A stretch of 29,122 nt of DNA from an uncultured Saprospiraceae bacterium (lineage in GTDB: Bacteria; Bacteroidota; Bacteroidia; Chitinophagales; Saprospiraceae): assembly GCA_964391045.1 (NCBI GenBank), contig CAYMLN010000001.1:1-29122 (forward strand), read 5' to 3'. Positions 8,590 to 16,137 of this stretch are shown piece by piece (position 1 is the stretch's first letter; each line of letters starts with the position of its first letter). The position numbers were made by a program, and so were the translations under genes. The notes beneath the pieces were generated by a model. That model made no database searches. It was not told where the DNA came from and saw only the letters and a list, made by a program, of their open reading frames with translations.

Positions 8590-8874
8590 TCAGCCGTGAT
8601 GGCGAAAATCCGAAGCCTTTGCCGGCATGCGGGCATCGGATTCAAAAACATTCAAGATGCCGATGACAAACCCGAAGCTGAGCCAAAGAATCAGGTCAGC
8701 CCCATCGAGCCGAAAGGGTATGCCGTCCAACACCGGAAAGAAGACGTCCAGGAACAGGTACATGATGAACCCTCCGGCCATGCTTCGAATGATCCGATGG
8801 CGGTTGTGCCAGGTATACAGGAAGAAATTCCGTACCGGCCGAGCCGGCGTATGCGCGTCCATAACGTCGGGCAT
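8590..8874 (-). CDS. Small two-TM hypothetical membrane protein (paralog 1)
   Basis: Two hydrophobic segments; aligns by eye to 8951-9223 (M..FFP..DL.LWL..G...G). The start could be 8862. Confidence 0.65.
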   Translation of the reverse strand: MPDVMDAHTPARPVRNFFLYTWHNRHRIIRSMAGGFIMYLFLDVFFPVLDGIPFRLDGADLILWLSFGFVIGILNVFESDARMPAKASDFRHHG

Positions 8875-8950
8875 GATGATTAAGAATAGGAATGATTCGG
8901 AGGGTAGGAAAGTTATTCCGCCTCACGCATTCTTGCGCGCCGGTCGTGTG

Positions 8951-9223
8951 TCAGGATATTTTCTCCGCCTCGTTCTCCCGGGCCGCCTTCCGTTTCGCCT
9001 GCCAACCGAAGTATCCTTTCATGGTCAGGCCGTAGACCAGGCCAGCCACGAGCCACAGCGCCAGGTCGAATGCGGCGCTTTTCAACGTAATGGCTTCCTT
9101 CTCGGCCAGCGGAAAGAAGATGCCCATCATGATGAACATAAGGACACCCCATATGAGGCCGTGAAAGATCCAGCGCTTCCCTTCGAAGCCTGTGACGTAC
9201 TTGTTATGTTTTGTGTCTGTCAT
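8951..9223 (-). CDS. Small two-TM hypothetical membrane protein (paralog 2)
   Basis: ATG 9223 (MTDTK..); WIFHGLIWGVLMFIMMGIFFP and DLALWLVAGLVYGLTMK helices, with a basic C-terminal tail. Confidence 0.75.
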   Translation of the reverse strand: MTDTKHNKYVTGFEGKRWIFHGLIWGVLMFIMMGIFFPLAEKEAITLKSAAFDLALWLVAGLVYGLTMKGYFGWQAKRKAARENEAEKIS

Positions 9224-9297
9224 TCTCAAGCCATTTCTTGTTTATTGGCGCAACGCCCGGCCGGACCCCTTCCGGGGCCTGGGTGGCCGTGTATACT

Positions 9298-10233
9298 TTA
9301 ATCCGATAGAGCATACTGGAAGCGATTCGATAAGTCAACGAGTGATCGAGGGTATGTCACGAATTTGACCATTTCGCCGCCCTTCATCCGTATCAGGAAA
9401 AAGCCATCCGGATCGGGACCCCAAATGCTGGAGAAGTTGGTTGTCGTCGCTGCAGCGCCTTCGATATGAAAGCGGTCGAATATCGTGATCAGGTTTTGGG
9501 TCGAGATGGATTCATGGGGCCATTGGGCCAGCAGGGTCTCTCCGGTCCACGTCAGGAACGAATCCTTCGCGGCGGGAACAGGGAATTGCCACGCGGCATC
9601 TATCTTTTCGAGCCACGCGGCATTTGCCTTGGACCAATTCCAATAGGACCGCCGGTACCACAATCCCTGGTTTGCGTCGAAGGACGCTGCAAACAAATCC
9701 GGATGCTTGCGCAAGTAGGCCCGGAAGGCTTTGCTGGTGTTAAAGACAGGTTCGAAGGTGTTCCCTGCCCAATGGAGTTCCAATGCCAGGCTATCCAGAA
9801 GGCGATATTTGTAAAAGGTGTACATGCCGTCCTCCGTCAGCCAATGGGCATTGACATAGGTTTCCCTGCCGACGCTGCTGGTATAAATGCGAAGGGGGAG
9901 GCAAGGCTCCTGTGGGGTGGTCACACCCTCATAGTCGCAATACAGTGCCAGGTATTCATTCCTGCTCCAGGGTGTCACGGTCAGAGTGGCGACAAGTTCG
10001 ATGATTTCCGCTGTCGTGTCGACAAAGATCCATTCGCCGAGTATCCCGACGGGAAGCGGGCTGCTTGGCTTGTCGGTGATGGGCACCGGTGATCGATACT
10101 CATCACACTGCACCAGCAACATCGCCGTCAGCCATACGGCGAGTACGCGGGAAAGCGGGCCGGCATTGATGCGTTGAGGAGACGTGGGTACTCCTTGGGA
10201 TGTCGTGGCGTTGTTCCCTGGATAATGTGGCAT
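9298..10233 (-). CDS. Hypothetical lipoprotein
   Basis: Long open frame with a hydrophobic segment and lipobox VLAVWLTAMLLVQ-C followed by DE. The start is uncertain (ATG 10233 chosen). GC is about 50-55% in sampled lines. Confidence 0.7.
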   Translation of the reverse strand: MPHYPGNNATTSQGVPTSPQRINAGPLSRVLAVWLTAMLLVQCDEYRSPVPITDKPSSPLPVGILGEWIFVDTTAEIIELVATLTVTPWSRNEYLALYCDYEGVTTPQEPCLPLRIYTSSVGRETYVNAHWLTEDGMYTFYKYRLLDSLALELHWAGNTFEPVFNTSKAFRAYLRKHPDLFAASFDANQGLWYRRSYWNWSKANAAWLEKIDAAWQFPVPAAKDSFLTWTGETLLAQWPHESISTQNLITIFDRFHIEGAAATTTNFSSIWGPDPDGFFLIRMKGGEMVKFVTYPRSLVDLSNRFQYALSD

Positions 10234-10332
10234 TGAATCCGTTGGCACAGTACTTCTCAATATACGCAAGCCGGCGGATTCCTGCAACAGCACGGCGGCA
10301 CGTGGCTTGTGCCGCCGTGCGCTGCGGGTCGC

Positions 10333-11484
10333 TTAGTTGAATGCGTACTTCAGGCTGAACTGCACCCGGTTGGCCGTGCCGTCGGCCTCGTTGAGGTCGC
10401 CGCGGAGGCCCCACAGGTATTCTACGCCGGCGAAGGCGTTGTCGGTAAAGTGCCACAGCAGGTTGGCCGCGACATAATCAGTGGTCTTGATCGCGGTTTC
10501 CGGCTGCCCGGCCGTATTGTCGACGCGGCCGAGGTTGTAGAGGGCCAGCGAAGAAAATGCCTTGCTCCAGCGGTGTTCGTATCCGATCGTAAAACCGGAT
10601 TCCACCAGGCCTTGCAGGTCGCCGTCGGCGTCGGGAGCGGCCGAAAGTCCGCCGCGGTAGCGTCCGGCACCGGGGCCCGTGACGAACTGATAAAAGAGCT
10701 TGTCCTTCTTGTCCATGAGGTTGAACTGGCCCGAGAGGTTCCCGCCGTAGAGGACCAGTCCGGTCAGTTCACCCGTCGAATACCGGTAGTCCAGTTTTGC
10801 GGCGAATGCAGACAATTGGACATGCCCCCAGGGCTTCGTCACCCGGAAACGGGCCGTGAGGTCCGGCAGCGGACTCTCAAACTTGCCGGCCTCAGCCGGG
10901 GTCTGGGCATTCGTACTCGGCTCTTCGAGGGCGAATGCCAGGTACATGTCATCGTTGAGCGGCTGCTTGTAACGGAGGATGGGATGCCGCAGGAAGGCAT
11001 ACGCCGCCGGTTTTTCAAAGTCCAGCGTATTCAGGATGATGTTTTCATCCATGAAGTTGGACCAGGTCTGGCCGGCCAGCCAGCGCTTGCCGATCTCGAT
11101 GAACGCATGGCGCAGCCGGAAGCCGCCGCTAGAACCGTAAAAGTCGCCCTCGACAAAGGTTCGGATCTCGCCGATTCCAGTCGGCGTCTTTACGTCGAGG
11201 AACAGGCGCGTTTCCTTCGCGTTGAGGTGCGTAGTCTGGCCTTCGGATCCGTCGGTCGGGATCTTGGAGACGTCGAACCAGTCGGGCGAGCCGATCGGCT
11301 GGAAGTCGTGGATGAGGTCGAGCTTGACGTAGCCGCCGATCTTGAAAATGGCTTGCGTCTTAGGGATGCTCCACCAGCCGGCAGGGGGATCGGATGCCGG
11401 GGAAGCCGCTTGCCCGCGGATGTCCGCAAGTGCGGCAGCAGCGAGCAGCAGGATCAGGATTCGTTTGCACATGGCCCGGCGCAT
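10333..11484 (-). CDS. DcaP-family outer-membrane porin
   Basis: Signal peptide; FKIGGYVKLDLIHD, ETRL, VEGDFYG, FRLRHAF, LAGQTWSNF motifs; C-terminal aromatic signature KYAFN. ATG 11484 overlaps the carbonic anhydrase stop (TAATG); the alternative start is 11472. Confidence 0.88.
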   Translation of the reverse strand: MRRAMCKRILILLLAAAALADIRGQAASPASDPPAGWWSIPKTQAIFKIGGYVKLDLIHDFQPIGSPDWFDVSKIPTDGSEGQTTHLNAKETRLFLDVKTPTGIGEIRTFVEGDFYGSSGGFRLRHAFIEIGKRWLAGQTWSNFMDENIILNTLDFEKPAAYAFLRHPILRYKQPLNDDMYLAFALEEPSTNAQTPAEAGKFESPLPDLTARFRVTKPWGHVQLSAFAAKLDYRYSTGELTGLVLYGGNLSGQFNLMDKKDKLFYQFVTGPGAGRYRGGLSAAPDADGDLQGLVESGFTIGYEHRWSKAFSSLALYNLGRVDNTAGQPETAIKTTDYVAANLLWHFTDNAFAGVEYLWGLRGDLNEADGTANRVQFSLKYAFN

Positions 11485-12350
11485 TATTTCGTCACGTTGG
11501 CGGAGAGGGCGTCCAGGCTCACCCCGCGGTCGTTAATCGGCTGGGTGGGCCGGTTGTTCGGGCCGATGACGGCCGTGATGGCGGCGATCTGGTCGGCGGA
11601 CGCGACAAACGGATTCTTCAGGACAAGCCATTGGACATTCTCGCTGCACGGCGGCGTGGTCAGGGAGCCGAGATAGTGGTAGGCCTCCGTATGTTGAGGC
11701 AGGTAGTCGGCGATTTGCAACACCACATTTTCCAGGTGCTTGCTCTCGCCCTTTGTTGTCGGCATGTTGCTGATGATCGTCGCGAGGTTGGGGTTAGGCG
11801 TCTTTCCTTCCTTGAACAGCACGCCGACAACGGCCAGGCTGCCGTCTTCCGCCTGGTGCACGAGGTGCATTTCCATCGGGGCGTGCTTGCCGTCAATCGT
11901 ATGCTCGCTCGGCGTGTGAAAGTGGAATTGCTTCAGCTGGTACGTCTTGTCCCCGAAGGTAAAGGTGCTGCCCTCGGCGACCGACACCTGGATCGTATGG
12001 CCATTGTCGACGATCTCTTCCATGTGTTCCGTGTGCGCGATGCGCAGGGAGGTTGCCTTGTAGTCAAATGACCACGTGGCCGAGCCGCTGGCCCTGGCGC
12101 TGGTGATGTCGATGGGGGACTGGTGCCTGCCCTCGCCGCACATGGCATATGCGGGGCTCAGTCCGGCCCAGTTCGCCGGGCCTTCTTCGCCGCCATATCC
12201 CCAATGGACAGGGCGTGCCGAAGGCGGTGCAGGAGGGACGGAATCGGTTGTGGGTACGGCAGCGGGTTCACCTGCCGGCTTCGGATTGCAGGCCGCAAGT
12301 ACGGCAAAGGCCAGGCCGACGAGGGCCGGGAGGACGTTGGTCTTTCGCAT
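11484..12350 (-). CDS. Alpha-class carbonic anhydrase, lipoprotein
   Basis: Lipobox VLAA-C; HWGY, QSPIDI, Zn ligands QFHFH and EMHLVH, and GSLTTPPCSENVQW. The conserved Cys pair (AMC..PPC) is present. Confidence 0.96.
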   Translation of the reverse strand: MRKTNVLPALVGLAFAVLAACNPKPAGEPAAVPTTDSVPPAPPSARPVHWGYGGEEGPANWAGLSPAYAMCGEGRHQSPIDITSARASGSATWSFDYKATSLRIAHTEHMEEIVDNGHTIQVSVAEGSTFTFGDKTYQLKQFHFHTPSEHTIDGKHAPMEMHLVHQAEDGSLAVVGVLFKEGKTPNPNLATIISNMPTTKGESKHLENVVLQIADYLPQHTEAYHYLGSLTTPPCSENVQWLVLKNPFVASADQIAAITAVIGPNNRPTQPINDRGVSLDALSANVTK

Positions 12351-12395
12351 GATCGAATTGGATTTTTCGCACTGTCACACCATCGGACAGCGCGG

Positions 12396-12403
12396 CAAAA
12401 TTA
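12396..12403 (-). promoter_or_regulatory. Bacteroidota -7 element (TAATTTTG) for the carbonic anhydrase-DcaP unit
   Basis: Exact TAnnTTTG on the minus strand, followed by CCGC, 45 nt upstream of the ATG. Confidence 0.55.
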
Positions 12404-12535
12404 TCGACAGCGCAAGCCGCCACAGCCATGAAGGACCGTAAGTTCTTAGTGACAACATCCGAGACAGGCCGTGAACGATCCGCCTAGTCGGGGCCCAACC
12501 CGAGTTTGCGCGTGCTGCGCGTATTGCACAAGGTG

Positions 12536-12997
12536 CTAGCGTGTGCGTTCCAGCCAGATCACGGTCATGTCATTGATGAGCAGATGCAACTGGCCGTCAT
12601 TGTACATCGTCCAGTGGTTGGCTTTCCGGAGGAGATCGAGGAACAGGGCTTCACCCTCCATGCCTTTCACGCATGCCCGCTTGGTCACGGCCAGGTCGCT
12701 GGGCAGGGAGATGGTCTGGCCGCTGACCGATACCTTCCCCATGAATTGGTTGCATCCCGACATGCCGCTGACCAGGCCCTGGTCGAGATCCAGGGTCACG
12801 ACGGGCCGGGCGGGGAAGAGGTCCTCGAAGGTCTTACCCGGTGTGTACATATCCTTGACGATCCATGTCCCGTTGAGCGGACTTGGCGCCTGGGCGGTGT
12901 TCGTTTCGTCGGTCTTCGGTTGTCCGCAGCCGGGACTCCCAATGACAAGGCTAATGGAAAGGAGGAGTAGGCGGGCCATCGTCAGGATGCCCGGCAT
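12536..12997 (-). CDS. META-domain (HslJ-like) lipoprotein
   Basis: Lipobox-like SPG-C; LNGTWIV, VSGMSGCNQFMG and VTKRAC..EALFLDLL motifs. Start at 12997 or 12979. Confidence 0.88.
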   Translation of the reverse strand: MPGILTMARLLLLSISLVIGSPGCGQPKTDETNTAQAPSPLNGTWIVKDMYTPGKTFEDLFPARPVVTLDLDQGLVSGMSGCNQFMGKVSVSGQTISLPSDLAVTKRACVKGMEGEALFLDLLRKANHWTMYNDGQLHLLINDMTVIWLERTR

Positions 12998-13137
12998 GAG
13001 GCTGTTGCGCAGGGTCGATTTAGGGTCCATCGTGTGGGAAAAGGTAGCCGGCATGATCAATCGGATGATGTAGAAAAATTACGACAACTCGCCGCCGCGG
13101 GTTCGGGGAACTGACCATTTGTCGCCGGAATCAACCG

Positions 13138-13617
13138 TCAGCAGCCGCACGTGCCGTAGACCGGTTGCGTGACGTTTCCATGAAACGGATCCTCGAAGGT
13201 CAATGTGCCGCGAACGATGGTTTGTCCTTGATCAATTCTTGATGTGAACTCAAGGATCAAAATGTACGGGTCCGACGCATACCGCGCGATGGTCATGTCA
13301 CCTGCAGGCGCGAATGAAGTTCGTTCAAGGCGAAGGTAGGTGCCGCTCACCATGACAAAGGCCGCCAGGTTCGTCTCCGCCGGTGACAGCAGGCCGCCCG
13401 CAAATATGAATCTGCCTTCGGCAAAGGCTGCTTCATCCGTGCCAAGGCGACAACCGCAGGCCGGCACATCGGCAGGAATAGATGGCAAGACATCGAGCGT
13501 GGGCCGGTAATTCGGATCCGGCGCCATCCGTTGGACCGGCGCGACCGGCACATCCTGGGCAAGGGTCCAGCCGGGGATGGCGAGCAAAAAGAAGAAAAAC
13601 AGGCGTCGTAACATCAT
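13138..13617 (-). CDS. Hypothetical secreted protein with N-proximal ACGC and C-terminal TCGC
   Basis: Signal peptide MMLRRLFFFFLLAIPGWTLA/Q; a beta-rich-looking body; ends YGTCGC*. Confidence 0.75.
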   Translation of the reverse strand: MMLRRLFFFFLLAIPGWTLAQDVPVAPVQRMAPDPNYRPTLDVLPSIPADVPACGCRLGTDEAAFAEGRFIFAGGLLSPAETNLAAFVMVSGTYLRLERTSFAPAGDMTIARYASDPYILILEFTSRIDQGQTIVRGTLTFEDPFHGNVTQPVYGTCGC

Positions 13618-13652
13618 CGCCAAAGATCAGGATTTTCAACATCCGGTCGTGG

Positions 13653-14063
13653 TCATTTCGCACCGGCGAGCCAGCCACCGAGGGCGGCCATGGGGAGGTA
13701 CGCGGCGATAAGATCCAGGGCAATGAACCATCCCGGTGCAGGCACCATTCTCGCGGCGGCAATGCCGCCCAGCAGGAACAATACTCCGATGCCGAGGGCG
13801 AGACGCATTTGATGCGATCCGCCGAGCTTCGCGGCCAGCCAGGCGCCGACCAGGGTGCCGAGGGCATGGGCCAGGAAGGGAAAGATGAAATGTCGTGCCT
13901 CAAGCAACGGCATGGCGGCCTTGAGGCCTTCGGGTGTGGTCATGTCAAGCCCGGCCGGCGGCGGGATGACCGATGGGCCGATCATGATGAGGCCCATATT
14001 GACCGCGCTGCCGACGAATAAGCCGGCGACGACGGCGAGGATGTTGCGAATGGTGGAAGACAT
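13653..14063 (-). CDS. Conserved hypothetical 4-TM membrane protein
   Basis: ATG 14063 (MSSTIRNILAVVAG..VNMGLI..PPPAG..HFIFPFLAHALGTLVG..P.WF..DL..AYLPM), with four hydrophobic helices. The ORF-track extension to 14204 overlaps the upstream gene. Confidence 0.85.
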   Translation of the reverse strand: MSSTIRNILAVVAGLFVGSAVNMGLIMIGPSVIPPPAGLDMTTPEGLKAAMPLLEARHFIFPFLAHALGTLVGAWLAAKLGGSHQMRLALGIGVLFLLGGIAAARMVPAPGWFIALDLIAAYLPMAALGGWLAGAK

Positions 14064-14121
14064 ATCGATCAGACGTGATGTGTGGTGATTGGAATCGATG
14101 AAGAGGTGCAGGCTTTGGCGA

Positions 14122-14904
14122 TCAATGCGGGGACGTAAACGATTGCAGCACGAATTCCAACGGCCGCTGCGATACCGTGATATGGCTGTTGATCGGCCGG
14201 TCAAGGATGAGGATGATCGTCAGCGCGAGGGCAAACGACATTGCGAGGATCAACGTGATCCAGGTGCGCGGCGACTCGGCGATGGCGGTCTGGTACCCCA
14301 CGGTGATCGTCGCGAGGATGGCCAGGATCACCAGGCTCAGCCAGATGCCGGCCGGTATCCGGGCCAGCAGGCCCAGCGTAAGGCGACGCAGGTGGATGTC
14401 CATGATCTCGTTGACCGACTCCACGTACAGGGCGCCGATGTCCGAGTTGAGGTCCAGGCGGGCATTGTCAACGGCGATCTGCCATAAGTCGGCGTGCAGC
14501 CGCTTGCTCTCTTCGATTCCTCGGGCCAGGGTGTCCACGTTCTGTGATGCGATGGCGCGCAACCTGAGCGTCAGGTATTCGGTCAACAGGGCCTTGGACG
14601 CCATGCGTGCGGAATCGGGCAGCATGTCGGCGCGCTGGTAGGCCGTCTGCAGCGCTGCCGCTTCGTCCAGGACCAGTTGCCTGCGGCTGTCGAATCGATT
14701 CGAGGCAAACCCGAAGGTGAACGCCAGGATGAAGGCCAGCAAGCCCAGGATGGACCCGGAGATCGCCGAGACCTGGGATTCTTTTTCAAGGTGCCGGCTG
14801 CGCATCACTTTCCTTCCGATCAGGAAGCCGATCTCGACACAAAGAAGGACGGTAAGCGTGGCGAGGATAAAGAAGAGCCAAACCGGAATGTGATCGAGCA
14901 GCAT
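14122..14904 (-). CDS. DUF4239 (bestrophin-like) membrane protein
   Basis: EIGF.IGR, SILGLLAFILAFTF..ASNRFDSRRQLVLDEA.A..TAY.RAD.LP and DLDRP-like ILDRP, which is the DUF4239 pattern. Confidence 0.85.
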   Translation of the reverse strand: MLLDHIPVWLFFILATLTVLLCVEIGFLIGRKVMRSRHLEKESQVSAISGSILGLLAFILAFTFGFASNRFDSRRQLVLDEAAALQTAYQRADMLPDSARMASKALLTEYLTLRLRAIASQNVDTLARGIEESKRLHADLWQIAVDNARLDLNSDIGALYVESVNEIMDIHLRRLTLGLLARIPAGIWLSLVILAILATITVGYQTAIAESPRTWITLILAMSFALALTIILILDRPINSHITVSQRPLEFVLQSFTSPH

Positions 14905-15009
14905 GGATGGTAAGGTTGATGTTCCTGTAGGTGCAACACCGATCGTGTGCCGCAGCCAGGCGCAAGTGGTCTAAAGATAGCTTCAATTCAGTCCCCGGCG
15001 ACTGGGCAC

Positions 15010-16137
15010 CTACCATCTGGCGATGATGGCGGCCGTCACGGTCGTATTTGAGGAGGAGGATGGGGCAAATACCTCGTCCCGGGACAGGTAGCTCTTCCCT
15101 TCGAGGCGAAGCAGCGCATGCGGGCCGACATGCACGTCGACGTTGGCCGAAAGGCCCAGGAGCGTCAAGCCGCCCGTGGCAGGGGAGGCAAAGATGACGC
15201 CGTCAGGATCCGCGTAGTATTCCGCCCGAAGCGCCGCGATCCAGGCAGGGGAGAGCGCGTACCGGAGGATCACGGAGGGCGCGATCCATACGCTCGTGCC
15301 CCGGTCGCGAACAGATTCCGTACCGATATCGAATCCGGCGGTCATGCCGAAGCGACCGCCGGGCGTCCAGACCGCATAGATGTCGTGAAAGACACGCGTC
15401 GAATGAATGGAATCCGGCTGATCCGATCCGATGAAGTTGCTGTAGTTCAACGTCAGCAAAGCATTGGGCCGGAAGGTCAGCTGCATGCCGCCCGAAGGTC
15501 CTTGCTGACCGACCGGGCGTTGGATGTGTTGCCAGCCGTTCAGCAGGAGCAGGCTGGTGGTCCACCGCTCGTCCTGGCTTGTGTGGATCAGCCGGATCCC
15601 GGTTTCGTAGTAGGGCGAACCTTCCGCGGCCAGGCTGCGTGTGAGGGTCCAATTATCGGCGCCGATCACGCTTTCATAGCCAAGATGGGACGGCATGATG
15701 CCGGCATCGAGCCAAAGGTTCCTTCGCCGGGAGAGTTTCAGGCCGATCGTGGCTTCGTAGATGAATTGCGCCCAGCCGGGTTCGGCGCTGAGATTGTATT
15801 GGGCATAAGTGCCGGCCATCAGGCCAAGGTTGGCCCGAACCAGGCTGTCGGTGTAAGTGCCCCGGACGAGCAGGAGGTTCGCATTGACCTCGTTGTGCCG
15901 CTTATGGTTGTAGACAAAAAACGGGCGTTCATGATCGTCCGGCCGGCTGAAGTCGTAGCCGTAGTACAATTCTCCGTATGCGGAAAAGGTGAAGCGGGAC
16001 GAAGCGTCCGGTTGTGCGGAGAGCACCCCCAGGGCGGGCGCGAGGATGAGCAACATCCACCTTCGAATCGCGAATTTCCCGAAATAGCTGCGGATCACGT
16101 ATGCCGGCCCGTGTCTCAGGGCGATGCGCGGGTTCAT
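15010..16137 (-). CDS. Outer-membrane beta-barrel porin (BBP2/OmpL-like)
   Basis: FSAYGELYYGYDF, YNHKRHNEVNANL, DAGIMPSHLGYES, SLAAEGSPYYETG, NGWQ and RAEYY.DPDG motifs; C-terminal W. The start overlaps the cytochrome stop (ATGA). Confidence 0.88.
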   Translation of the reverse strand: MNPRIALRHGPAYVIRSYFGKFAIRRWMLLILAPALGVLSAQPDASSRFTFSAYGELYYGYDFSRPDDHERPFFVYNHKRHNEVNANLLLVRGTYTDSLVRANLGLMAGTYAQYNLSAEPGWAQFIYEATIGLKLSRRRNLWLDAGIMPSHLGYESVIGADNWTLTRSLAAEGSPYYETGIRLIHTSQDERWTTSLLLLNGWQHIQRPVGQQGPSGGMQLTFRPNALLTLNYSNFIGSDQPDSIHSTRVFHDIYAVWTPGGRFGMTAGFDIGTESVRDRGTSVWIAPSVILRYALSPAWIAALRAEYYADPDGVIFASPATGGLTLLGLSANVDVHVGPHALLRLEGKSYLSRDEVFAPSSSSNTTVTAAIIARW

